DNA of 64,000 bases from an uncultured Actinomycetes bacterium (GCA_963836925.1 CAWILJ010000001.1:39965-103964); one strand, 5' to 3'. Counted from the first letter of the stretch, positions 25,484 through 34,898 are shown. A program made the numbers and translations. Notes: generated from the letters alone by a model not told the origin.

Positions 25484-27222
25484 GTCGATGGCGTGACCAG
25501 CGCGGCAGCTCGCTGCGCGCAGAGGACGTGGGGAGGACAGCGGCCGTCGCCGGGTGGGTCGCGACGCGCCGTGACCACGGCGGGCTCGTCTTCGTCGATG
25601 TCCGCGACGAGGACGGTGTCGTCCAGGTCGTCGTGAACCCGGAGCACGCCCCCGCCGCGGCCGAGGTCGCCCACCAGCTGAGGAACGAATTCGTCGTCAG
25701 GGCGCGCGGGCCGGTCGTGAAGCGCAGCCCCGAGACCGTCAACGCGGCGATGGCGACCGGCGAGATCGAGATCCAGGCCGAGGAGCTCGAGATCCTCTCG
25801 CGCTCGACGCCGCTCCCCTTCCAGCTCGACGAGGAGGGCGTCGACGAGACGATCCGCATCCGGTATCGCTGGCTCGACCTGCGCCGCGCCAAGATGCAGC
25901 GCAACATCCGCACCCGCGCGAAGCTCGTCTCGATCATCCGCGCCGAGATGGAGGCGGACGGCTTCGTCGACATCGAGACGCCGATCATGGGCAAGCCCAC
26001 CCCGGAGGGCGCGCGCGACTTCCTCGTGCCCACGCGCCTGCAGCCCGGCCGCTTCTTCGCGCTGCCGCAGAGCCCGCAGATCTACAAGCAGCTCCTCGTG
26101 ATCTCGGGGTTCGAGCGCTACTACCAGATCGCCCGCTGCTTCCGGGACGAGGATCTCCGCGCCGACCGGCTCCAGGAGCTGACCCAGCTCGACGTCGAGA
26201 CGGCGTTCCCCGACCGGGAGCAGCTGTTCGGGCTGATCGAGCGGATCATCGTGCGGATCTGGAAGGAGTGCCGCGGCGTCGAGCTCGAGCGGCCGTTCCT
26301 GCGGCTCACGTGGGAGGAGGCCGACCGCCGATTCGGGTCCGACAAGCCGGACCTGCGCTTCGGGCTCGAGATCGAGGGGGCGACCGACGTCACGCGCGGC
26401 TCCGACTTCAAGGTGTTCGCCGACGCCGAGGCGGTGCGATTCCTGCGGGTCCCGCGCGAGCTCTCGCGCGGCGACCTCGCGAAGCTCGAGGAGGTCGCGA
26501 AGCAGTGGGGCGCCGGGGGGCTCGCCTACCTCGTCTACGGCGAGGACGGCGACGTCCGTTCGCCGATCGCGAAGTTCCTCGGCAAGGCCGAGCTCGAGCG
26601 GTTCCAGTCGCCGCCCGGCCACACGGTCATCTTCGGCGCCGACGACCCCAGGATGGTCTCGCGCGTCCTCGGCGCGCTCAGGCTCCACCTCGGCCGCGAG
26701 CTCGAGCTGATCGACCAGAGCAGCTGGAGATTCCTGTGGGTGACGGATTTCCCGATGTTCGACTGGGACCCGGAGCTCGAGCGCTGGGACGCCGTCCACC
26801 ATCCCTTCACGCGGCCGAGCCCGGAGAGCGAGGCACTGCTCGACACCGACCCGGGGGCCGCGACGGCGATCGCCTACGACCTCGTCGGGAACGGGGTCGA
26901 GCTCGCCGGCGGCTCGTTCCGGATCCACGAGCCGGAGCTCCAGGCGAAGGTCTTCGGCCTGCTGAACATCTCTCCCGAGGAGCAGCGGGCGAAGTTCGGG
27001 TTCCTGCTCGACGCCCTCGCGATGGGAGCGCCGCCGCACGGCGGGATCGCCTCGGGGATCGACCGGCTCTCGATGACCCTGCTCGACGAGCCGTTCATCC
27101 GCGACACGCTCGCCTTCCCGAAGAATCAGGCCGGCGTCGATCCGATGTCGGGCGCGCCCACCCCGGTCGAGAGGCCGCAGCTCGCCGAGCTCGGGATCGC
27201 CGTCACCGTCGAGGAGCCGTAG
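25480..27222 (+). CDS. aspS: aspartate--tRNA ligase
   Basis: ATGA overlap with hisS. Contains GWVATRRDHGGLVFVDVRD, FFALPQSPQIYKQLL, CFRDEDLRADR and GGIASGIDRL. Confidence 0.95.
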   Translation: MSRWRDQRGSSLRAEDVGRTAAVAGWVATRRDHGGLVFVDVRDEDGVVQVVVNPEHAPAAAEVAHQLRNEFVVRARGPVVKRSPETVNAAMATGEIEIQAEELEILSRSTPLPFQLDEEGVDETIRIRYRWLDLRRAKMQRNIRTRAKLVSIIRAEMEADGFVDIETPIMGKPTPEGARDFLVPTRLQPGRFFALPQSPQIYKQLLVISGFERYYQIARCFRDEDLRADRLQELTQLDVETAFPDREQLFGLIERIIVRIWKECRGVELERPFLRLTWEEADRRFGSDKPDLRFGLEIEGATDVTRGSDFKVFADAEAVRFLRVPRELSRGDLAKLEEVAKQWGAGGLAYLVYGEDGDVRSPIAKFLGKAELERFQSPPGHTVIFGADDPRMVSRVLGALRLHLGRELELIDQSSWRFLWVTDFPMFDWDPELERWDAVHHPFTRPSPESEALLDTDPGAATAIAYDLVGNGVELAGGSFRIHEPELQAKVFGLLNISPEEQRAKFGFLLDALAMGAPPHGGIASGIDRLSMTLLDEPFIRDTLAFPKNQAGVDPMSGAPTPVERPQLAELGIAVTVEEP

Positions 27223-27230
27223 CCGGGACG

Positions 27231-28034
27231 ATGCCTGGCCACAGCGCCCGCCGCTTCCTGCTCGAGGTGATCTTCCTCGCCGGCGTCGCGGCGGCGCTGA
27301 CGTATGCCGATCTCCGCCCGGCGGTGATCGTCGCGGTGATGGCGGTCGCCTGGGCGGTCGTCGCGCTGCTCGAATGGACGGCCTGGCTCGACGAGCCGCA
27401 CTACGGCCGCGGGCTACCGCCGCGCTACTACGTGCCGCACGTCGCGCTGCCGCCGCCTCTGGCGGTCGAGCAAGGCGAGGCCTCCTACCCGGCGCTACCC
27501 GCGGCCGACGACGAGCCGACGTTCATCGCCTCGACTCAGGAGTGGGGGATCGACCTCGCCGAGTGGCCCGAGCCGGAGGCGACGGCTGCGGCCGAGGACA
27601 CCATCGTCCACCCGTCGCCCGTGCTGGACGACGACGCGGACGTTTTCGTCGTGCCGCTGCCGCCCCCGATCCCGGAGACGTCGTTCCCGGAGATCGAAGA
27701 GACCGTCGCCGCCGACGTCCTCGCTCCCGACGAGGAGGAGGACACCGAGGACGAGCGCGCGCCGGTGGTCGAGATCGTGGAGGCGGTGGTCGTCGCTGCC
27801 GTGGTTGTCGAGCCGGAGCCTGCGCATGCGCCTCTGCCGCCTCCCGTGGAGCTGGCGATCCCCGCCCGCGTCTCGGGAACGGCGCTCCACCGGGTCGACC
27901 CGCTCCTGCAGTCGCGACGACGCCGGCTGTTCTTGCGCACACGCGACGAGGTGCCCGTGATCGAGGTGCGCGACGGCCCACCGCCCGACCGGACGCTCCC
28001 GAGCCGCGTCCTCGAGGAGTCCGGCAGGCGATGA
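27231..28034 (+). CDS. hypothetical membrane protein with an acidic Pro-rich tail
   Basis: Two N-terminal TM segments (FLLEVIFLAGVAAALTY, VIVAVMAVAWAVVALLEW), followed by a low-complexity region rich in D, E and P. Confidence 0.5.
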   Translation: MPGHSARRFLLEVIFLAGVAAALTYADLRPAVIVAVMAVAWAVVALLEWTAWLDEPHYGRGLPPRYYVPHVALPPPLAVEQGEASYPALPAADDEPTFIASTQEWGIDLAEWPEPEATAAAEDTIVHPSPVLDDDADVFVVPLPPPIPETSFPEIEETVAADVLAPDEEEDTEDERAPVVEIVEAVVVAAVVVEPEPAHAPLPPPVELAIPARVSGTALHRVDPLLQSRRRRLFLRTRDEVPVIEVRDGPPPDRTLPSRVLEESGRR

Positions 28035-28438
28035 GGCGCCAGCTCGCGCAGCGGCAGGTCGTCCTCGGGGGCCTGACGATCCTCGCGGTCGCCGTCTCGC
28101 TCGCCTTCACGACCCACCACGGCCACCATCCCCGAGCGTCCCGGCTTCCGCCCCCGCACGGCAGTTACACGGCGCTCGCCGCTGCGAGCGGCGAGTCGAC
28201 CCTCGGCCACATGACGAGCTGCGGCACCCTCGTCGGCGACTCGACGCTCGGGATCGCCAGTCCCGTGCTCCCGTGCGGCACCCGCCTCTACCTGACCTTC
28301 CGCAACCGGCACGTGCTGGCCTCGGTGATCGACAGCTCGAGTGCCCCGGGCGCCTCGTTCGAGCTCACGCACGCCTTGGCGAGCCGTCTCGGAGTGACCG
28401 GAGTTCGGCGAGTCCGCTGGAGCTACGCGGGCTCGTAG
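28031..28438 (+). CDS. RlpA-like double-psi beta-barrel (DPBB) domain protein
   Basis: ATGA overlap with the upstream gene. One TM anchor, then GTLVGDSTLGIASPVLPCGTRLYLTFRNRHVLASVIDSSSAPGASFELTHALASRLG. Confidence 0.55.
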   Translation: MRRQLAQRQVVLGGLTILAVAVSLAFTTHHGHHPRASRLPPPHGSYTALAAASGESTLGHMTSCGTLVGDSTLGIASPVLPCGTRLYLTFRNRHVLASVIDSSSAPGASFELTHALASRLGVTGVRRVRWSYAGS

Positions 28439-29143
28439 GCGTCGGCTACAGTGGCGCGCTCGGAGCGCCCGATCCCGTGCGCACCGTCGTGCACCATGTA
28501 GAACCAACACCATGTGAAAGGGAGCTCGTGTCGGGTGAGGGAACTCACTCGCGCCGCACCCACCTGGCTTGCCAGGTTCACACGGGCGCGGCGAAGACGG
28601 CGGGATCCGGGCGTTCCGATGAACCAGCGCTCGGCCGCGAAGCGAACAGGTGAGGGGCACGCTTTCCCGGAGCACGCCCCCCACCATGTGTTCGCAGGGT
28701 CACCCGGTCACGGGGGGAATGGCGTCCCTGGTCCCGGGCGATCTTCGGCAACGGGTGCCGAAGCTGGTTGGCGGGCTGCATGGAACCGCCCGCCGAGATC
28801 GATTGGAGGCTCGCCGACCGCTGGGGCGGCCCCGGCCCTCCCTGTTCGCGTCCCCGACCGCAACCCCACTACGGCAGATGCAACAGCGAGGCGGTTAACG
28901 CCCGAGGTGCTGTCCGGTAAACGACGCGCCCTGCGAATGTCCAAGAGGACCTCTGGAGAGGCCCAGGACGATCGTCGGGGAGATCGCGAGCGAAGACCCC
29001 GGACTTGCCGGCCGTCGGATCGAGGCTGTCGTGGCTCGCTGCCGCTGAGACCGAGGAAGAGTGCCGCGGCGGCGGCCGGGTTTGGCGCGGAGCGGAGTCG
29101 CGTTGTAGTTTGACCGGGGTTATGTCGGTGTGACGGGAGTGGT

Positions 29144-32100
29144 ATGAGGGGCGCGGTGCGAGGGGAGCGGTCTGTCGAGATCGGGTTGTTGGGCCCGGTC
29201 GAGGTGCGGGTCGGTGGTGTCGCGGTCGGTTTGGGGGGTGTGAAGCAGCGGGCACTGTTGGCGGTGCTCGCGCTGGACGTCGGTCGGGTGGTGGGCCGCG
29301 CGCGGTTGGTGAATGAGCTGTGGGAGGTGCCCCCGGAGACGGCGGTGAAGGCGGTGCAGGTGTTCGTGTCGCAGTTGCGGAAGTTGTTGCCGGAAGGGGT
29401 GTTGGTGAGTCGGGCGCCGGGGTATGCGCTGGAGGTGCCGGCGGAGTCCGTGGACGTGATGCGGTTCGAGCGGTTGTTGGAGGAGGCGCACGGTGTAAGT
29501 GCGGGCCAGGCAGTGGAGTTGTTGGCGGAGGGATTGGGATTGTGGCGGGGTCCGCCGTTGTCCGATCTGGGGGATGAGCCGTTCGTGCGCGGGGAGGCCG
29601 GGCGGCTGGAGGGGTTGCGGTTGTTGGCGGTGGAGGAGCGGATCGAGGCTGACCTGGCGCTCGGGCGGCACGCGGGATTGGTCGGCGAGTTGAGGGTGTT
29701 GGTCGACGAGCATCCGCACCGAGAGCGGTTGAGCGGGTTGCTGATGGTGGCGCTGTATCGGTCGGGGCGGCAGGCGGAGGCGCTGGAGGCGTATCGGGAC
29801 GCTCGGTCGTCGTTGGCCGAGCTCGGGTTGGAGCCGGGTGGGGAGCTGCGGCGGTTGGAGCGGCAGATCCTGGGGCAGGACCAAGGGCTCGAGTTGCGGC
29901 GTGATCGGTTGGTGGCGGCCGAGGAGTTCGCCCTTCCCGGGCCGCTTGCTCCGGTGCCGTCGTTCCCGTTTGTGGGGCGTGAGGGAGAGCTCGACCGGTT
30001 TCGGATCCTGCTGGACCGCGCCGAGGCGGGTGAGGGTGGGGCGGTGCTGCTCGGGGGCGAGGCCGGCGCCGGGAAGACGCGGCTTCTGCGCGAGCTCGGA
30101 GGCGAGGCTCTGGAGCGGAGGATGCTCGTGCTCTACGGCGCCTCGGATGCAGATGTGACGACGCCGTATGAGCCGGTGGGGGAGTGGCTCAAGTTCCTGA
30201 TCCGGGTGTGTGATCCCTTCGCGTTGGCCGAGTGCCTCGCGGACGGGGGCGAGTGGCTCTCACGGCTGGTGCCGGAGCTCGAACGCCTTACCGGGGCGGC
30301 TGCCCCGCCGCCGGGTGACGCCGAGGCGGACCGCTTTCTCCTGCAGAACGCGGTCGCGGGGCTACTGCGCCGTCTGGCTCGCGCGGAGCCGCTTCTGGTG
30401 CTCCTCGACGATGTGCACTGGGCTGACCGCGAGACGCTGCACCTGCTCGGCAGGCTGGCACGGATGGCTCCCGAGATGCGGCTGCTGATCGTTGCAGCCC
30501 ACCGCGACCGGGGTGAGCCGATGCGCGCCGCCTTCGCGGACGCGCTGGGCGATCTCTCGCGGGTGGAGAGCCTGACTCGGCTCTCGCTTCGCGATCTCAA
30601 CCGTGAGGAGGTGGCCGAGTTCGTGCGCGCCGAGATGGACGTGGAGCCGACGGAGGAGCTTGTCTCGGCGATCGCCAGTCTCAGCGACGGCACCCCGCTG
30701 CTTCTCTGCGAGCTGTGGCGCGACCTGCGCGAGAGCGACACTCTGGACCTCCGGGACGGCGCCGAGGTGGCGCGGGCTCTTGCGCAGATGCAAGGCCCGG
30801 AGCGGATCCGTGACATCGTGCGTCAACGGCTTTCGCAGCTGGCACCCGAGACGGCGGCCGCGGTCGAGCTGGCGGCGGTCGCCGGGCCCCGGTTCGAGCT
30901 CGCCGTCCTCACCGAGGCCGGCGGCCTCGATCGGGAAGGGCTCGTGAGCGTGATCGAGGCCGGCGTTCGCAGCGGGATCCTCGAAGAGCTCGACGAGCCG
31001 GTCCCGAGCTGCCGCTTCACCCACGAGCTCGTCCGTCGCGCCGTCTACCACCAGCTCTCGCGCATCCGCCGCACCGAGCTCCACCTCCGGGTCGGCGAGG
31101 CACTCGAGCAGGTCCATGCCCAGGAGATCGACCGGGTCCTGCCGGAGCTCGCCCACCACTTCACGCTTTCCGCCCCACTCGCCGGCACCGATCGCGGAGT
31201 CGAGTACATCCTCCGCAGCGTCCGAGCAGCGACTGCCGCGGCCGCCTACGAGGAAGCCGCCACCCAGCTCGAGACCGCCCTCGAGCTCGGAATCACCGAC
31301 CCGCACGAGCGCGCAATGGCCCAGCTCGACCTCGCCTACGTCCTGTTCGACACCCGGCGGCTCGTCGAGGCCGAGGCGATGACTGCCGTCGCCCTCGATA
31401 CCGCCACAGAGCTCGGGGAACGAGAGATCGCCGCGCGCCTGCGCGTGCAGAGGTCGAACAATCTGGTGTTCGCGGACCCCGAGCTCGATCCCGTGGACGT
31501 CGAGCCCGTCGCGGCGAGCGCGATCGAGACGTTGCGAGAGGCGGGCGACGAAGGGGGGCTAGCCCTCGCCGAGCGCCTGCTCGCCGTCTCGCTCTGGCGA
31601 CGGGGGAGGGCGGCGGAGTCAGGCGTCGAGCTCGAACGAGCGCTCGTGCACGCGGACGCAGCGGGGGAATACGTCCCCCTCCGGCAAGTCGTCACGACGC
31701 TCGCCGGCGTCGTTAGCAGCGGGCCCATGCCGGTCGCCGACGCGATGCGCCGGTGCGAAGAGCTCCTGGTGAGATATCGAAGCGACCGCGCGCTCGAGGC
31801 CGTGATCGCGCGGTTCCTGGCCTTCCTCTGCGCCATGGCCGCCCGCTACGACGAAGCACGCGAGCTCGCCACCCGAAGCAGCCTCGTGCTCGACCGGTTG
31901 GAGAGTGCCGGGCAGGCCTGGGTGTACCGGAGCATCGCCGCGCAGACGAAAGAGCTGCTCGGCGACCTTGCCGGAGCCGAGCAGGAACATGCTGCGAAAT
32001 GGGCGAGCCTGCGGGACGCTCGAGGGGGTGTGCCCGACGCACGTGCGATGCAGGCCGCGTACGAGCTCGGGCTCCTCTATTGCGAGGAAGGTCGCTGGGA

Positions 32101-32440
32101 CGACGCGGCGGAGTGCGTCGCCTACGGCAACGAGGTACCGGAGCCGGTCTTCTACAGGCCCGAGGCCGTGCTCCGCGTGTTCCTCGAGGCCCGCCTTGCG
32201 GCTCACGACGGGGCGCTCGACGAAGCGGCGGCGTCCGCGCGGCGCGGCGTCGAGCAGCTCGAGCCCACCGATCTCCTGGGCGCCCGGGCCCGCGCCTGGC
32301 TGACGGTCGCCGAGGTCGAGCGGATGTCCCGTCACGACACGGAGGCCGACGCCGCCGTCGGCACGGCGCTGGAGCTCTACGACGCCAAGGGGAACGTTGC
32401 CGCCGCCGCTCGGCTGCGCGCGGCGGCAAGCTTCTCGTGA
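29144..32440 (+). CDS. SARP/AfsR-type regulator: OmpR-type winged helix + BTAD + AAA/NB-ARC-like ATPase + TPR-like C-terminus
   Basis: IGLLGPVEVRVGG..VKQRALLAVLAL.., the BTAD segment FERLLEEA...LMVALYRSGRQAEALEAY, Walker A GEAGAGKTRLLRE, Walker B LLVLLDDVHWAD, and a long helical repeat region. Confidence 0.8.
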   Translation: MRGAVRGERSVEIGLLGPVEVRVGGVAVGLGGVKQRALLAVLALDVGRVVGRARLVNELWEVPPETAVKAVQVFVSQLRKLLPEGVLVSRAPGYALEVPAESVDVMRFERLLEEAHGVSAGQAVELLAEGLGLWRGPPLSDLGDEPFVRGEAGRLEGLRLLAVEERIEADLALGRHAGLVGELRVLVDEHPHRERLSGLLMVALYRSGRQAEALEAYRDARSSLAELGLEPGGELRRLERQILGQDQGLELRRDRLVAAEEFALPGPLAPVPSFPFVGREGELDRFRILLDRAEAGEGGAVLLGGEAGAGKTRLLRELGGEALERRMLVLYGASDADVTTPYEPVGEWLKFLIRVCDPFALAECLADGGEWLSRLVPELERLTGAAAPPPGDAEADRFLLQNAVAGLLRRLARAEPLLVLLDDVHWADRETLHLLGRLARMAPEMRLLIVAAHRDRGEPMRAAFADALGDLSRVESLTRLSLRDLNREEVAEFVRAEMDVEPTEELVSAIASLSDGTPLLLCELWRDLRESDTLDLRDGAEVARALAQMQGPERIRDIVRQRLSQLAPETAAAVELAAVAGPRFELAVLTEAGGLDREGLVSVIEAGVRSGILEELDEPVPSCRFTHELVRRAVYHQLSRIRRTELHLRVGEALEQVHAQEIDRVLPELAHHFTLSAPLAGTDRGVEYILRSVRAATAAAAYEEAATQLETALELGITDPHERAMAQLDLAYVLFDTRRLVEAEAMTAVALDTATELGEREIAARLRVQRSNNLVFADPELDPVDVEPVAASAIETLREAGDEGGLALAERLLAVSLWRRGRAAESGVELERALVHADAAGEYVPLRQVVTTLAGVVSSGPMPVADAMRRCEELLVRYRSDRALEAVIARFLAFLCAMAARYDEARELATRSSLVLDRLESAGQAWVYRSIAAQTKELLGDLAGAEQEHAAKWASLRDARGGVPDARAMQAAYELGLLYCEEGRWDDAAECVAYGNEVPEPVFYRPEAVLRVFLEARLAAHDGALDEAAASARRGVEQLEPTDLLGARARAWLTVAEVERMSRHDTEADAAVGTALELYDAKGNVAAAARLRAAASFS

Positions 32441-32450
32441 CGTCGAGGGC

Positions 32451-32810
32451 TCATGGTGGGTTCGGAGCGTCCGACCCCGTCGTGAGAGGTGACGGTGGCG
32501 CGGGGCAGTTCAGGCCCCAGATGTCACAGAGCTCCTGATCGGAGCAGTCGTTCCCGGAGCTCTCGCAATCCTCGACGACCACCGGAACGTTGGCGGCGTT
32601 CGCGGGGATGTAGATGTAGCGCGGGCTCGTGATCGGCCGGGACGGGAACGGCGCCACATAGACCTGTTGTGGGGCGCCCGACGGCCCGGTTCTCGAGCTC
32701 CTGGCGGACTGCTTGGCCGCCTTGGGGTGGCTCGGGGCGAGGTTCGGCGCCTTGCCGGGAGCGCCGGTTGCGGCCGGCGCGAGGAGCACGAGAGTGGTTC
32801 CCGTCACCAT
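32451..32810 (-). CDS. hypothetical small exported Cys-containing protein
   Basis: Hydrophobic N-terminus MVTGTTLVLLAPAATGAPG. The C-terminal part has 4 Cys (VVEDCESSGNDCSDQELCDIWGLNCP). No SD or -10 signal was seen. Confidence 0.3.
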   Translation of the reverse strand: MVTGTTLVLLAPAATGAPGKAPNLAPSHPKAAKQSARSSRTGPSGAPQQVYVAPFPSRPITSPRYIYIPANAANVPVVVEDCESSGNDCSDQELCDIWGLNCPAPPSPLTTGSDAPNPP

Positions 32811-32955
32811 GATGAGTGCCCCGAGCCTGATCGCGGTCTCCCTACTTCTGTCGGTTCGCCTGGAGGGACAGGAGACACAGCGGTGGTTAACGCCTGGCCC
32901 CCTCGGGGGTTAACAGCGGGTATTTCCGTCGTTCCAGGGCCGCGGCAGGTGAAGC

Positions 32956-32961
32956 TACGCT
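32956..32961 (+). promoter_or_regulatory. -10-like TACGCT, 6 nt upstream of ATG 32968 (leaderless-type)
   Basis: TACGCT-gggccg-ATG. This supports the long form of mnmA. Confidence 0.45.
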
Positions 32962-32967
32962 GGGCCG

Positions 32968-34233
32968 ATGACGGCCGTGCTCTTCGCAGATTCCTCGCGT
33001 GACGGCGACTGGGCTGCCGTCAGCCTCGAGGTGGAGGGACAACGGATCGTGCGGGCCGACGCGCCCGGGATCGAGCGCGACCTGGCCGGCCTGACGCTGC
33101 TCGAGGCCGCTGCCGTCAGCGGGGAGACGCTCGCCGTCGACGCGCTCGCGAACGCGATCGGGCCCGCGCTTCGTGCGCGGCGCGTGCCCGGCCGCACGGC
33201 TGTCGCCATGAGCGGCGGCGTCGACAGCGCCGTCGCGCTCCTGCACGCCGGCGGGGGAGCCGTGGGGGTGACGCTCCGTCTCTGGGTCGACCCGAACGCG
33301 AGCGCGAGCGAGCGCGTGTGCTGCTCGCCGGCGGCGGTGATCGCGGCGCGGCAGACCTGCCATGCCCTCGGGATCCCGCACGTGACGCTCGACCTGCGCG
33401 AGCGCTTCCGCAGCGCGGTCGTCGAGCCGTTCGTGCGCAGCTACGAGCGCGGGGAGACCCCGAACCCCTGCACGCGCTGCAACGGCGCGTTTCGCTTCGA
33501 CGAGCTGCTCCGGTTCACGCGGTGCGTGGGCGCCGAGCGGCTCGCGACCGGCCACTACGCCCGCATCGTCCGGCGCCACGGTGCTCTCGCGATCGCCCGT
33601 TCGGTCGACGCCGCGAAGGATCAGAGCTACATGCTCGCCACCCTCGACCCGGCGATGCTCGACCGGCTCTGGTTCCCACTCGGCGGGCAGACCAAGGAGG
33701 AGACGAGGGCGCAGGCAGTCCAGGGCGGCCTGCCGGTCGCCCGCCGACCCGACAGCCAGGAGGCCTGCTTCCTCGGCGGCGACGACTACCGGGCGTTCCT
33801 GGCCCGCCGTGGAGTCGAGGCGGCGCCGGGCCCGATGGTCGACGAGGAGGGTCGGCGCGTCGGCACCCACGACGGCTTCTGGCGGTTCACGCCCGGACAG
33901 CGCCGAGGCCTCGGCGTCGCGGCCCGCGAGCCGCTGTACGCGCTCGCGACGAACGCCCGGACGAACACCGTGATCGTCGGCCCTCGGGCGTCCCTGGCAC
34001 GCCGTCACGTCCGTGTTCGCGGCCGCCTCGAGCGCGACGTCGGCCGCGTCGAGGCCAAGCTAAGGCACCGGTCCCCTGCGATCGCGGCCACGGTCGAACG
34101 CTCCGGCAACGGCTTCGAGCTCGTCCTCGAGGAGCCGTTCTACGGCCTCGCTCCGGGGCAGACCGCGGTGCTCTACGACGACGAAGGAATCGTCGTCGGC
34201 GCCGGCACGATCGTCGCCGACGACGCAACCTAG
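32968..34233 (+). CDS. mnmA: tRNA 2-thiouridine(34) synthase MnmA with an N-terminal extension of about 70 aa
   Basis: The PP-loop AMSGGVDSAV begins at about aa 80. Contains CCSP, NPCTRCN, ATGHYAR and KDQSYML. The extension has coding-type GC3 and is in frame. Confidence 0.85.
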   Translation: MTAVLFADSSRDGDWAAVSLEVEGQRIVRADAPGIERDLAGLTLLEAAAVSGETLAVDALANAIGPALRARRVPGRTAVAMSGGVDSAVALLHAGGGAVGVTLRLWVDPNASASERVCCSPAAVIAARQTCHALGIPHVTLDLRERFRSAVVEPFVRSYERGETPNPCTRCNGAFRFDELLRFTRCVGAERLATGHYARIVRRHGALAIARSVDAAKDQSYMLATLDPAMLDRLWFPLGGQTKEETRAQAVQGGLPVARRPDSQEACFLGGDDYRAFLARRGVEAAPGPMVDEEGRRVGTHDGFWRFTPGQRRGLGVAAREPLYALATNARTNTVIVGPRASLARRHVRVRGRLERDVGRVEAKLRHRSPAIAATVERSGNGFELVLEEPFYGLAPGQTAVLYDDEGIVVGAGTIVADDAT

Positions 34234-34263
34234 ACAGGTGTAGAGTCGACCAGGGGGAAGCCG

Positions 34264-34866
34264 GTGGCTCGACTCGAAACCAGTCTCGTAGGCTTCGCGG
34301 CTGCCGCGCTGATCTGCTCGGCGGCCTCGGCGGCGGCGACGACTGTCGATCGGAGCTCCGGGAACGACCCCCAGGGCGTGGCGCTCCTGGCGCGGGTGCA
34401 CCAGGCCTACAGGAGCGTCGCCGGGGTCTCGATCGCGGGCAAGACCGGCGCGCTTTCCTTCGAGTACACCTTGAATCTTCGCTCCGGGATCGGTGTTGCG
34501 GAGGAGTTCGTCGGCAGGCAGCCGTCGGGTACGACCGTCCTCGTTGCCCACGGACGACCAACCTACGTCTTCGACTCGGGACGAGCCTGCTGGACCGCAC
34601 TGTCGGCCTCCGCGCCGCAGACCTTCGAAAATCTCGGGCTGCACTTCCCCGACCAGCCCGGGATGTCGGTCAAGGCGCCGGCCAGGACGGCGACAGGTTG
34701 GAGTCTCACGTTGGTGTCCGACGGCACGCCCGGGACCCTCGAGATCGACCGCACGTCGCTGCACATCCGCTCGCTCACGGTGAAAACGCCGAGCGCCGAC
34801 ATCGTCGAGCACGTCACGATCCTTTCGTCGGCCCCTCAGCTTCCCGAGCCCGAGCCTCGCTGCTGA
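34264..34866 (+). CDS. hypothetical secreted protein
   Basis: Signal-like N-terminus VGFAAAALICSAASAAA. GGGGGAAG lies upstream of GTG 34264. No family recognised. Confidence 0.5.
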   Translation: MARLETSLVGFAAAALICSAASAAATTVDRSSGNDPQGVALLARVHQAYRSVAGVSIAGKTGALSFEYTLNLRSGIGVAEEFVGRQPSGTTVLVAHGRPTYVFDSGRACWTALSASAPQTFENLGLHFPDQPGMSVKAPARTATGWSLTLVSDGTPGTLEIDRTSLHIRSLTVKTPSADIVEHVTILSSAPQLPEPEPRC

Positions 34867-34886
34867 GTCACGTACGAGCAGCTGGG

Positions 34887-34892
34887 TAGGAT
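34887..34892 (+). promoter_or_regulatory. -10-like TAGGAT, 6 nt upstream of GTG 34899 (leaderless-type)
   Basis: TAGGAT-cgcgct-GTG. Confidence 0.45.
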
Positions 34893-34898
34893 CGCGCT

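Noticed and set aside
28439-29143. RNase P RNA, tmRNA, SRP RNA, cobalamin riboswitch or ydaO/c-di-AMP riboswitch in the long gap
   Set aside because: I scanned both strands by eye for the conserved blocks. These were GAGGAAAGTCCGGGC / ACAGAACCCGGC, a tRNA-like 3' end with GGTTCGA.TCC, GGAAGCAGCC, AGGGAA..GCCACTG / B12 box, and GGGGTGAATC..CCGAACAGC. Only weak partial resemblances were found, in the wrong order. The region is kept only as an unexplained structured region.
32451-32810. RiPP precursor peptide controlled by the adjacent SARP regulator
   Set aside because: No modification enzymes, protease/transporter or immunity genes are nearby. At 119 aa with a signal-like N-terminus, it is more consistent with an ordinary small exported protein, if it is real at all.
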